IMG/VR virus record: IMGVR_UViG_3300025276_000001
Coordinates: 1 to 64,000 of that record
Reading direction: 5' to 3' (one strand)
DNA: 64,000 nucleotides
Source: a virus
Part shown: positions 17,980-27,756 of the stretch, one piece after another
Layout: every line of letters starts with the position of its first letter
Numbering within the stretch: the first letter of the stretch is position 1
The notes under the pieces: generated by a model
Seen by the model: only the letters and a program-made list of their open reading frames with translations
The model's database searches: none
Told to the model about the DNA's origin: nothing
Position numbers and translations under genes: made by a program

Positions 17980-19203
17980 ATGGCCAACATTAGGAAACTA
18001 GTAGCTGCATCTTTGAAATGGAAAAAAGGAATAACTTATTGTGCAGCTAAATTGGGTATCTCAGAATCCAAGTATCTAGAAATCAAACAAGAACTTAAAT
18101 CAGAAAGAAAAAAAGAAAGACTTAAAAACAGGTTTTTTTCTAAAGCATCAAGTGATTCTCAAATTGCAGAAGTAGTTGATATAGAAAAAGGAGAAGCTAA
18201 AATCTCAGGAACATTTGATCATGAACCCAAATCCCCTGAAGAAATTATAGAGCTTCTTAATATTAATACTGCTATATGGAAACTTTCACAATATTGGAAT
18301 AAACAAATGGGAGACCACTGGAGAGTCTCAGCATTAGTTTCTAGAAAAAAAGAATCAGCATTAGATAATTTAGAAGAATTACTTAATGATTGGTCTCCAA
18401 AAACTTTTAAGATTCCTAAAGTAGATTTATCTAAAATTAAAAAAGGACAAACGGTTTGTGGTATAATGTCTTTACAAGATATACATTTTGGTAAACAGGG
18501 TAATGAAACAATTGATAAAGACTTTGAAGAGACAATAATAAACTTGATGTCTAGGGCGGCACCATCACATTATATTGAAAGATTGTATTTTGTTGTAGGA
18601 GGAGATATAATTAACATGGATACTTTCCATGGTACAACAACAGGTGGTACTCCTGTAGATAACTGTATGGATGCTACAGATGCATACTCACAAGCTTTTG
18701 ATGCTATGCACTGGGCTATAAATTATATAAAAGCCTTTTGTAAAGAATTACATGTAGTGTATGTTCCTGGTAACCATGATAGACTTTCATCATATCACTT
18801 AGCTCATGCCTTATCTAAATCAATAGTTAGTGATGAAATTACGTGGGATGTTAAATATGAAGAAAGAAAAGTTCATGTGTGGCATAATAACTTTAATGCT
18901 TTTGAGCATGGAGATAAACGTAGTAAAAACAATCCTTTGATATATGCATCTGAATATCCAAAAAAATGGGGTGCTACAACAAACAGAACATTATTTAAAG
19001 GTCACATACATACTGATAGGAAAGTAGAGTATATGACATCTAATGAAACAGCAGGTTTTATAGAAAAGACTTTACCTAGTTTAGGAAAGACAGATTATTA
19101 TCATTATAGTAATAAATTTGTAGGCAATAGAAGATCAGGAAAATTAGAGTTACAAGATGCATTAATAGGAAATATTTGTGAATTAACGTACCAAGCTATA
19201 TAA
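17980..19203 (+). CDS. Calcineurin-like metallophosphoesterase with N-terminal extension
   Basis: All five motifs present: DIHFG, GGDIIN, GNHD, HGD, GHIH. The ATG at 17980 is preferred over the TTG at 17956. Confidence 0.85.
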   Translation: MANIRKLVAASLKWKKGITYCAAKLGISESKYLEIKQELKSERKKERLKNRFFSKASSDSQIAEVVDIEKGEAKISGTFDHEPKSPEEIIELLNINTAIWKLSQYWNKQMGDHWRVSALVSRKKESALDNLEELLNDWSPKTFKIPKVDLSKIKKGQTVCGIMSLQDIHFGKQGNETIDKDFEETIINLMSRAAPSHYIERLYFVVGGDIINMDTFHGTTTGGTPVDNCMDATDAYSQAFDAMHWAINYIKAFCKELHVVYVPGNHDRLSSYHLAHALSKSIVSDEITWDVKYEERKVHVWHNNFNAFEHGDKRSKNNPLIYASEYPKKWGATTNRTLFKGHIHTDRKVEYMTSNETAGFIEKTLPSLGKTDYYHYSNKFVGNRRSGKLELQDALIGNICELTYQAI

Positions 19204-19240
19204 AGACCCCAATTAAATTTCATTAAGTGGGGTTTTTTTT
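19203..19240 (+). terminator. Rho-independent terminator
   Basis: AGACCCCA.TTAA...TTAA.TGGGGTTT stem followed by a T8 run. Confidence 0.75.
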
Positions 19241-19261
19241 GTAAATTATAAATATAACTAT

Positions 19262-19828
19262 ATGAAGAACAATTTTAAAAAACCTGATCTGAAAGCTTCA
19301 AGATATAGAGAAAGAAGGTTGGGCATATTAAATGAGGAAACAATAAAAGAATTTAAAGACAAGAAACCGTTATATTCTAACATAGACAATAATAAATTAA
19401 AAAAAATAATTAAACTATATAATGTAAAACTATGGGAAGCAGTTATTAATTATAGAGATGGTGTAGAGCTACCAGATTCATTAGGCTATTTATTTATAGG
19501 AACATGTCCCTCCTCTAAAACAATTAATCCTAACTATGCTCTATCTCATGAATATGATAAGATTTTACAAAATAAAAATTGGGAGACTGATGGAAATTTA
19601 GCAAAAATCTTTTATACAAACTGGTCAACTAAGTATAGATTTAAAAATAGAGAGTTATGGAGATTTGTTGCATGTAGAGAATTTAAAAGAAATGTTGCTA
19701 AAACATACCCTGAAAATTGGACTAAGTATGTAGTTATGAAAAACAAATATAGAGTAGCTCATTTGTATGATCAAAACGGTGAACAAACAAAAGAGGCTCT
19801 GAAGAATTATAATGAATTTGAAACATAA
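19262..19828 (+). CDS. IHF/HU-like DNA-binding protein (crAss-type)
   Basis: Basic; helix followed by DGVELPDSLGYLFIG (HU-like GxxLPxxLGxL); position before the ring and muzzle genes as in crAss-like phages. Confidence 0.6.
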   Translation: MKNNFKKPDLKASRYRERRLGILNEETIKEFKDKKPLYSNIDNNKLKKIIKLYNVKLWEAVINYRDGVELPDSLGYLFIGTCPSSKTINPNYALSHEYDKILQNKNWETDGNLAKIFYTNWSTKYRFKNRELWRFVACREFKRNVAKTYPENWTKYVVMKNKYRVAHLYDQNGEQTKEALKNYNEFET

Positions 19829-19833
19829 AAAAC

Positions 19834-20505
19834 ATGTCAACAATAGCAGTAGCAATATCAAGAATAAGAGGACAAGTTAAAGCGGAAGTTCAGGATGCTT
19901 TTGTTACGGATAGATACATATACAGTTTAATAGAAAAGTTTGCTCAAGTTTTAATGCGTAGACAAGATTATGCTAATAAGCTTATGAAGTTTAATTCTGT
20001 TTGGAAAGCTTTACCATTTGTAGAATTAATAGATGTAGATAAAGTAGAAGCACATTGTTCAGGAATAACTAGTGGATGTACAATTAAACGTACAAAAGTA
20101 AGACTACCTTCTATGATTGAAGGTTACTGGGGACCACTTATACGTACTGTAAGCTCCATAGATGGCTCTCAGGAGCTCCAAGCCACTCAACCGGGTACTT
20201 ACACCTCTATGACAAAAACAACGTCATTCAAGTACAATACAACAAGATACTTTTGGTGGTTAGATGGTTATATTTATTCACCTAATATAGAATGGGAAGC
20301 ATTAAAACTTGAAGGAGTATTTAATTCTGATATTACAAAATGGAATTGTGATACCTCAGATGATTGTACACCTAGATATGAACAACCAATATATATACCA
20401 GAAGCTTTATTTGCAGAAATAGAAGGACAAGTCATTCAAACAATGATGGGTACACTTCAGGTTCCTGCAGAAGATTCTGATAACAAACAAAACATACATA
20501 GATAA
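19834..20505 (+). CDS. Putative tail ring / tail tubular protein
   Basis: 223 aa; synteny between the IHF-like and muzzle genes; YFWWLDGYIY..GVF and C-terminal IPEALFAEI pattern. Confidence 0.55.
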   Translation: MSTIAVAISRIRGQVKAEVQDAFVTDRYIYSLIEKFAQVLMRRQDYANKLMKFNSVWKALPFVELIDVDKVEAHCSGITSGCTIKRTKVRLPSMIEGYWGPLIRTVSSIDGSQELQATQPGTYTSMTKTTSFKYNTTRYFWWLDGYIYSPNIEWEALKLEGVFNSDITKWNCDTSDDCTPRYEQPIYIPEALFAEIEGQVIQTMMGTLQVPAEDSDNKQNIHR

Positions 20506-21440
20506 TGGGCGTATCACAAAAATATAGAACGTTTACTCAGTTAATGGAAGATGTTTCTATTGACTTTTCTACATATGCTCTTGAGGGTATGATAGAACCA
20601 CAGCAACTTATTAAGGTAGCTACAAGAGTAAATTATGATTTGGGTTTAAAAATCCATAGAACTAAAGAAGTAGTAATTGATATTGAACATGGAAGAGGTC
20701 AACTACCAATGGACTTTGCTTTTCTTAATTATGCATTCTTATGTGGAGAATATAAAATTAATTCTACTATGCCTTCAGGTACTCATGTAGAAACTTTTAA
20801 TGATGTACCGTATGTACCTGCTCCTGGAGAAATGTCTCCCTGTAGTAAAGATGATACATGTAAAGATGTTTGTATAATTGAAACATGTGACGGTAAACAA
20901 AGCCATCAAATAGTTCAAAGAATAGGTCCAAATCAATTTAGAACATTTGGTACGTACATGCAATTACGTATACAAGACGTGAACAGTCCAACTTGTTATT
21001 GTCCTGAATTAGGTGCACAAGCAAAAGACATTGCACAAATACAAGATGGTTTTTTAATTACAACTTTTAGAACTGGTAAAGTATATTTAAGTTATCAAGG
21101 TGCTATGGAAGCACCTAACGGTGATCTTTTAGTTTTAGATCATCCATATTGTAATGAATATTATGAGTATGCCTTAAAGCAAAGGATACTTGAAAATATG
21201 ATTTGGCAAGGTGAATCTGTTACTCAACAGTTAGGTTTAGTAGAAACCAGATTAAGAGCTGCTAGAAATAACGCTTTAAGTTTTGTTAATACTCCTGACT
21301 TTGCAGAAATGAGAAAGTTATGGGAAGTTAATAGAAAAGCACAATATCACAATTATTATAACATGTTCTTAAGTCATGCTCCGGCTAACCCAAGAGTTAC
21401 CAGAACAAGCATGTCTGACGGAAACGGTTTAGCTTACTAA
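20505..21440 (+). CDS. Putative tail tubular / ring protein 1 (P22 gp4-like role)
   Basis: 311 aa; GQLPMDF, GFLITTFRTGKVYLSY..GDLLVLD..YYEYALK pattern; coupled by TAATG; directly upstream of the muzzle gene. Confidence 0.6.
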   Translation: MGVSQKYRTFTQLMEDVSIDFSTYALEGMIEPQQLIKVATRVNYDLGLKIHRTKEVVIDIEHGRGQLPMDFAFLNYAFLCGEYKINSTMPSGTHVETFNDVPYVPAPGEMSPCSKDDTCKDVCIIETCDGKQSHQIVQRIGPNQFRTFGTYMQLRIQDVNSPTCYCPELGAQAKDIAQIQDGFLITTFRTGKVYLSYQGAMEAPNGDLLVLDHPYCNEYYEYALKQRILENMIWQGESVTQQLGLVETRLRAARNNALSFVNTPDFAEMRKLWEVNRKAQYHNYYNMFLSHAPANPRVTRTSMSDGNGLAY

Positions 21441-21453
21441 AGAGCGTATAACT

Positions 21454-24400
21454 ATGGCAAAGCAAAAGAAACAACCTACTAAGGGTACAACATCTGTAAT
21501 TACTAATTCATTCATTAAAGGGATGAATAAAGATATTACACAATCTATGGAACCTGCTCAGAGTTGGTGGAATGCACGTAATGCAGCAAACAATTCTAAT
21601 GCTGGAGATATGGGTGTCATAGGTAATGAACCATCAAATTTACAATGTGGGGTTATACCATATACTATAATAGGCGCAATACATAGGTATGGAGATGAAT
21701 GGATTATTTATTCAACTGATAATGTATCATCTGAAATAGGACGTTTTGATGATAGTGAGTGTAAGTATACTGTTATTATTAATGACCCTTGTTTAGCATT
21801 TAATAAAAAGTTTTTAATAACTGGAGCTGCAAAAGAAAATTTTGATTGCTCATGGGAAGTTTATTGGGATGATGGAAACAATCCATCAAGGTCTTTAAAC
21901 ATAGATAACGTTCCATACAAACAAGAAATAACTTCAGCACCTGGAGATCCTTGTATTGTATATGGTGACATTTTACCAAGATCATTAAATTGTGAAAAAA
22001 TAAGATTAGCTCCTTTAGTAGATACCCCATGTATAGTACTTGAAAAAGCTACTGATGGTGGTATGTTACAGAATGGTGCATACCAAGCATACATTGCTTA
22101 TACAGAAAATGAACAACGTGTTACAGATTTTATAGGTATATCTAATATACAAACACTATGGAGTCACAAAGGAACTGATGGATCATTAGATGTACATATA
22201 AGTAATCTTGATAAAGATTATGAATTTTTTGAATTGGCTTTATTAATTAGAAACCAAGGTCAATCATATGCTAAACGTATTGGTCTTTATAGTACTGAAA
22301 GAAATGAAATTAATTTAGATTATATAGATGATTCATTAATAGCTATAGATTTAAAATCAATACCACAAAGAAGTCCTTCATATGAAAAATCTGAGGCAAT
22401 GTATGTTGTCAATGATTGGTTGATAAGACAAGGACCAACTGAACAATTTGATTTTAATTATCAACCTATAGCAAATAACATTACAACAAATTTTGTAATA
22501 AACTCTGTACAATCAAACTACTACCACTTAGGTGGAAATAAATTAAGTTATTTACGTGATGAACAATATGCATTTTTTATAAGATGGATATATAACACAG
22601 GGGAAAGATCTTCTTCTTATCATATTCCAGGAAGAGCTCCAGAGTATTATGGTCCTGCAGGGGCAGATGAGAATGTAGATATTTTTGGAGACAATGTTTT
22701 AGATCCAAATGGGGATCCTGTATTTAAAGTTTATAATACAGGAGCTGTTACTACAGCAGTAAGTGAACCACAGTCAGATGGAAGTACAATAATTGCAAGA
22801 GGTAAAATGGGATATTGGGAATCTACAGAAAGGTACCCAGTTAATAGACCAGACATATGGGGTGATTTATGTGGTAAGCCTATTAGGCATCATAAGATGC
22901 CAGCTGAAGGATCAGTAAATGGTTCAAATAAATTAAACTTGACTACTGATGATTCAGATAACATACATTTATTAGGAGTGGAGTTTGGGAATATAGGTAG
23001 ACCTAAGTATAATGATGGAACCTATTTACCAAATGTAGTAGGGTATGAATTACTAAGAGGATCAAGAGGAGGTGCTAAATCAATTTTAGGAAAAGGTTTA
23101 TTTAGGAATATGCGTAAGTATACTGTTCCTAATGCAGAAAATTTAATAGGTAATGATGTACAGGGATTATATCCTAACTACCCTTATAATGATCTAAGAC
23201 CTGATATGTATTTCCATGATGGAAAACGTGGTGATCCTCAGAATCCAGATTTTAATAGAACAGAAAGTTGTGATAACTTTGGTGAATCAATAAGTACTTA
23301 CAAGCCTCTAGGAGCTGATGGTATTGTTGATGGTGTACAATCTGGGTATTCACAAAAGGTATTTACTTTTTCATCACCAGATTTAATGTTTACAAAGCCT
23401 TTTTTAAATGCTTATGAAACTAGAATATATGGAGATTTAAATGGACAGTCTAGTGGATACTTTAAAGCATCAGAAGATCATCCTCAATTTAAATTAATAA
23501 GGAACGGTGCAGCTATTATTTCTGCATTCATTGGTGTAGGTTATGCAATGGGTCAAGTAAGTGGTACTAGAGGATCTAAGTTTATAAGTTCACAAGGTAA
23601 CTATAATGCCGGTGATTTTTATATGGGTCTTGGTACAGGTGGTACCACAGGTTTAGGTTTATCAGCAGCTGCCAATCTCGTTGGTGCAGGTGCCTCTGAA
23701 GTTGTAAATTTAGCTTCATATGCAATATTTGAAACAACAGATTCTACTATGGCACTTGCTGATTTATGGGCAGGTGGTTCTGTAACGGAAATTGCTCAAG
23801 GTGCAATGAACATTGCAGCAATATCTGTAGGTTTAGCACCTGGTGCAACTGGAGGTAAATGGGAAATAGTTAATAATAAGACAACACCTTTATCCAACAT
23901 GCCCGCTCTTTTAAGAGCATTTGCAAGTATGGCTACAACAGGTACAAATATATCCATAGGAGGTAATGAGATTGTTGAGTTAATATATAACTTAGTACGT
24001 CCTTCTGATTTTTGTTTGAAGTATATTTCATCAGGTGTATTTAATGAATTTACTAAAAGAACTTCTGATTTATGGAGAATAAAAAATAGTGATTCAAATT
24101 ATTTAGGTCAATCTTTTCAATCTTTTGATCAAGGTCAATATAAAATAAATAATTTATTTAGACCAAGTACAGTAGTTGTAGGATTAGAAAGAGAATTAGA
24201 ACCACCGTCTACAGAAGATAAATCACGTTTTGTAATTGGAGGTGAAGTAAATGCAAACGGTAGTACAAGTACATATAGTAATAGTTATTTATTAGATATA
24301 GATAGACAACAAAAAAGATCTATCTCAGCTCATTATGGTGCACTTAAATTTAATTTTGATAATCAGTATGGTCAACTTGATGGAATAAAACAAGTTCCAA

Positions 24401-27400
24401 TGAGGGGTTGTGTAGAGTTGATTGATGAAGATCTACCAGAAGCATTTATGTATACATCAGCACCAATCTTTAGTGGAGATGTATTTATCAATAGGTATAC
24501 TGAAAAAGTAATGATGCCTATTTTTGCTCAATTTTTAATGGGTGAACCAGATGAATTTACATATGATTATTCAAATCATGTGAATATTCCTTATCCAAGG
24601 TACTGGATAAACTCACAAAAATATGACATAACTAAGTTAGCTCAAAAAATTGCTACATTAAATATATTAAGTGCAAGTGGATTTAATAATAACACAATTG
24701 ATCCTGTATTGCCAGCTGATTTATTTTATTTAGATAGAGGTTCAGGAACATGTAGTATTGCTGGATTAGGTTCTTTATTTGATACAAATCCTAGTGATCC
24801 CAATCCAATTTTTGCAATGAGGTATGCATATATGTATACACACTCAAATGGTATTTTGGATTTCTTTGTTGAATCAGAAATTAATTTAGCACAAAGAGAT
24901 TGGGAAGATACTAAAGCAAAAAGAATTTATGATATATATCAATACAATGATTTAGTAGATTTATTTCATGCAGCAATTCAAAAAATAGATAACTTTTATA
25001 AATATGATGAATCTTTAAGTCCTGCTAGATTTCCAAGTCAATTAGGTTCTTGGGGAGAAATGCAAGGTAGATTTTATGATCCTTATGTTGCTGCCAATTG
25101 CTATGTATCACGTCCTAAAAGACTTATATATTCTTTACAAGCTCAAGAAGAATCTAAAAAAGATTTTTGGAGAGTCTTTCTAAACTTTAACTATAAAGAT
25201 TTTAAAAATAAAGTTAATGTTATTAAACCAATAAATAAAAACGGAGCTATAATATTCTTCCCTTATTTATCACCACAAATGTTTCAAGGTTTAGATACTC
25301 TTAAGACAGGAATGGGAACTAAATTAACAATAGGTGATGGTGGATTATTTAGTCAACCTTTTCAAAATATTACAAACTCAGATTTATCAAATGAATATGG
25401 ATCTTGTGAAAGTATAAGAGGTGTTATTAATACTCCTATGGGATTATTTTATATTTCTCAAGCACAAGGTAAAATATTTCAATATGCTGGTAAAGGATTA
25501 GATCCTATATCTAATAAAGGAATGAAGTGGTGGTTTGAACAATACTTACCATCTCAACTTATTAAACAATTTCCTGAATTAGAACAATCTGTGTTATCAG
25601 ATAATGCAGTAGCAGGAGTAGGTTGTCAAGCTGTGTATGATCCAAATGATGATATAGTTTACTTTATGAAAAGAGACTATAGTGTTAAAGCTAAGTGGCT
25701 TAGTCAAATCTCATTTTCTGAAACCGCTGGATTTAGGTTATTTAATAGTATACCATTAACAATAGGTGATCCAATTTATTTTGATGATACGTCTTGGACT
25801 ATAAGTTATGATCCTAAGTCTAAAGGGTGGATATCATTTCATGATTGGCATCCGGAGTTTTCTTTGCCAAGTATAAATCATTTCTTTACAACTAAGACAA
25901 TAACTACTGAAGTTCCACAATGTCCTCCGGGATATGATTTTAATCCAACAACTGGATTGTGTGAACAAAGTGTAAATGAAACTATCCCTGCTACAATAAC
26001 AGTAGAAGATATAGTAGCTACTATTACAGGAGGAGCAACAAATTGTGTTCTTGATATAGTTATAGCAATGGACTGGTCAGGTAGTACTGTACAGAATTGT
26101 CCAGGTACTGTTCCTGATTATAATCCTAATACAGGAGCAATGGGAAATACATGTCAAGGAACTGCTCAAATGCGTTGGCTAGATGTATTCTTAAACAGTT
26201 CTGGAATAACAGGACCAATGGCATCAGGAGATTTGCAAATTGGATTTACTGGATGGGAAGGTAGTTCAACAAGATGGATGCAACCAGGTAATAAATCAAT
26301 GACAAACACTGTAACAAGTGTTCAAGCTGTAAATTGGTATTTAGGTAATTGGGGTGTAGGAGTTAATGGTACAGACTTATCTGAGGCAATGAATACAACT
26401 AACCCAACAACTGGTTCAGGTGGTTTTGCACAGCTTAATGATAAAGCTAATTCAACTTTAGGTGATAGAGTATCAGACGCAAGTTTTAAACAAATTTTAA
26501 TTGTTGTAACAGATGGTACTACTGGTACTCCAGAAGTTAATGTTGCTAATTTCCAATCTCCAAATATAACATCTGGTACAGGTCAAGTTACCAATACTGG
26601 TTCATGGGCTAATACTAATTTAGGTGATCCATTAAAGCAAGAAGTATTTGGTGTATTTTGTGGTGGTAATTCTAATGTTCCAGGTAACACTGCTGTTTTA
26701 GATAATGCTTCAAATAGTAGGTATAATACACCTAGTGGTCCTGCAGGCCCAAATCAATTTACAATGAATGCACAAAACAATGCAGAGTTAGAAGCTGTTG
26801 CTAGTCAAGTAGCAGGTTCAGTATGTAGCATACCATTTAGTTGTGACTGTCCTGCAGGTTATACAAAAGTATTCCAGAACGCAACCACATTACAATTTAC
26901 AGAAACATCAGGTACTTGTGATGATACAGGTAAGGTTGAGTGTAGAAAGGTAACATGTGAATGTCCTCCGGCTACAATTCCAGGAACTGTTACTACAGCG
27001 TTAGGAACTTGTCCAGATAGTGCACCATTGATTTATTTAGCTGGACCAAAAGGAGATCCTTCTTTTGTATCAGATAGGCAATGTAATTATTTTTATTATA
27101 ATGGCGTAACACCTAATTATTCAGTTGGGTCTATTTGGAGACATAATGAAAGGTGTGATAGCTATGCAAATTATTATGGAGTTGATTATCCTTGGGAAGT
27201 AGAGTTAGTTGCTAACAGTGGACAAACTGTTAACACGCTAAGAAGTATTGAATATCAAATGGAGGCATATGTATACAAAGGTGTATTGGGATATGCATGT
27301 GGAAATGATAAATGGGAAGACTTGCTTTTTAATTTTGATCAAGCTGTTATTTATAATAATGAACAAACATCCGGATTACTATTACTAACTCCTACACCAT

Positions 27401-27756
27401 TTAATAACCCAATTTTAGAGTTAACATATCCAATAGTAAACACCAATAGTATTAATATATTATGTTCTAAAGTAGAACAAAAATATAGGTTTAATCAATT
27501 TTGGGATATTACAAATGATAGAGGTGAGTTTCCAAGTGCAGGTGGTGTTATTACACAACAACCAATTTGGAATACACAACTTAATGGATATGTTAGAAAC
27601 TTAAATAATATTAATTTAAATTATTTTAAATCTCCACTGCAACATAAAAAATTCAGAAACTATTTTGTTAATGTTATATTAAGAAGACAAGTATCAGGAG
27701 ATAGACAGATGTTGCTAAGATTAAATAATACTAAATTACTTACATCACTTAGATAA
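21454..27756 (+). CDS. Tail stabilisation / muzzle protein (P22 gp10-like role) with inserted vWA domain
   Basis: 2100 aa; N-terminal FIKGMNKD..NA.N..GNEPSN, YWDDGNNPSRSLNID, SYLRDEQYAF, WTISY..WISFHDWHP, IWRHN motifs typical of crAss Tstab. Confidence 0.8.
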   Translation: MAKQKKQPTKGTTSVITNSFIKGMNKDITQSMEPAQSWWNARNAANNSNAGDMGVIGNEPSNLQCGVIPYTIIGAIHRYGDEWIIYSTDNVSSEIGRFDDSECKYTVIINDPCLAFNKKFLITGAAKENFDCSWEVYWDDGNNPSRSLNIDNVPYKQEITSAPGDPCIVYGDILPRSLNCEKIRLAPLVDTPCIVLEKATDGGMLQNGAYQAYIAYTENEQRVTDFIGISNIQTLWSHKGTDGSLDVHISNLDKDYEFFELALLIRNQGQSYAKRIGLYSTERNEINLDYIDDSLIAIDLKSIPQRSPSYEKSEAMYVVNDWLIRQGPTEQFDFNYQPIANNITTNFVINSVQSNYYHLGGNKLSYLRDEQYAFFIRWIYNTGERSSSYHIPGRAPEYYGPAGADENVDIFGDNVLDPNGDPVFKVYNTGAVTTAVSEPQSDGSTIIARGKMGYWESTERYPVNRPDIWGDLCGKPIRHHKMPAEGSVNGSNKLNLTTDDSDNIHLLGVEFGNIGRPKYNDGTYLPNVVGYELLRGSRGGAKSILGKGLFRNMRKYTVPNAENLIGNDVQGLYPNYPYNDLRPDMYFHDGKRGDPQNPDFNRTESCDNFGESISTYKPLGADGIVDGVQSGYSQKVFTFSSPDLMFTKPFLNAYETRIYGDLNGQSSGYFKASEDHPQFKLIRNGAAIISAFIGVGYAMGQVSGTRGSKFISSQGNYNAGDFYMGLGTGGTTGLGLSAAANLVGAGASEVVNLASYAIFETTDSTMALADLWAGGSVTEIAQGAMNIAAISVGLAPGATGGKWEIVNNKTTPLSNMPALLRAFASMATTGTNISIGGNEIVELIYNLVRPSDFCLKYISSGVFNEFTKRTSDLWRIKNSDSNYLGQSFQSFDQGQYKINNLFRPSTVVVGLERELEPPSTEDKSRFVIGGEVNANGSTSTYSNSYLLDIDRQQKRSISAHYGALKFNFDNQYGQLDGIKQVPMRGCVELIDEDLPEAFMYTSAPIFSGDVFINRYTEKVMMPIFAQFLMGEPDEFTYDYSNHVNIPYPRYWINSQKYDITKLAQKIATLNILSASGFNNNTIDPVLPADLFYLDRGSGTCSIAGLGSLFDTNPSDPNPIFAMRYAYMYTHSNGILDFFVESEINLAQRDWEDTKAKRIYDIYQYNDLVDLFHAAIQKIDNFYKYDESLSPARFPSQLGSWGEMQGRFYDPYVAANCYVSRPKRLIYSLQAQEESKKDFWRVFLNFNYKDFKNKVNVIKPINKNGAIIFFPYLSPQMFQGLDTLKTGMGTKLTIGDGGLFSQPFQNITNSDLSNEYGSCESIRGVINTPMGLFYISQAQGKIFQYAGKGLDPISNKGMKWWFEQYLPSQLIKQFPELEQSVLSDNAVAGVGCQAVYDPNDDIVYFMKRDYSVKAKWLSQISFSETAGFRLFNSIPLTIGDPIYFDDTSWTISYDPKSKGWISFHDWHPEFSLPSINHFFTTKTITTEVPQCPPGYDFNPTTGLCEQSVNETIPATITVEDIVATITGGATNCVLDIVIAMDWSGSTVQNCPGTVPDYNPNTGAMGNTCQGTAQMRWLDVFLNSSGITGPMASGDLQIGFTGWEGSSTRWMQPGNKSMTNTVTSVQAVNWYLGNWGVGVNGTDLSEAMNTTNPTTGSGGFAQLNDKANSTLGDRVSDASFKQILIVVTDGTTGTPEVNVANFQSPNITSGTGQVTNTGSWANTNLGDPLKQEVFGVFCGGNSNVPGNTAVLDNASNSRYNTPSGPAGPNQFTMNAQNNAELEAVASQVAGSVCSIPFSCDCPAGYTKVFQNATTLQFTETSGTCDDTGKVECRKVTCECPPATIPGTVTTALGTCPDSAPLIYLAGPKGDPSFVSDRQCNYFYYNGVTPNYSVGSIWRHNERCDSYANYYGVDYPWEVELVANSGQTVNTLRSIEYQMEAYVYKGVLGYACGNDKWEDLLFNFDQAVIYNNEQTSGLLLLTPTPFNNPILELTYPIVNTNSINILCSKVEQKYRFNQFWDITNDRGEFPSAGGVITQQPIWNTQLNGYVRNLNNINLNYFKSPLQHKKFRNYFVNVILRRQVSGDRQMLLRLNNTKLLTSLR

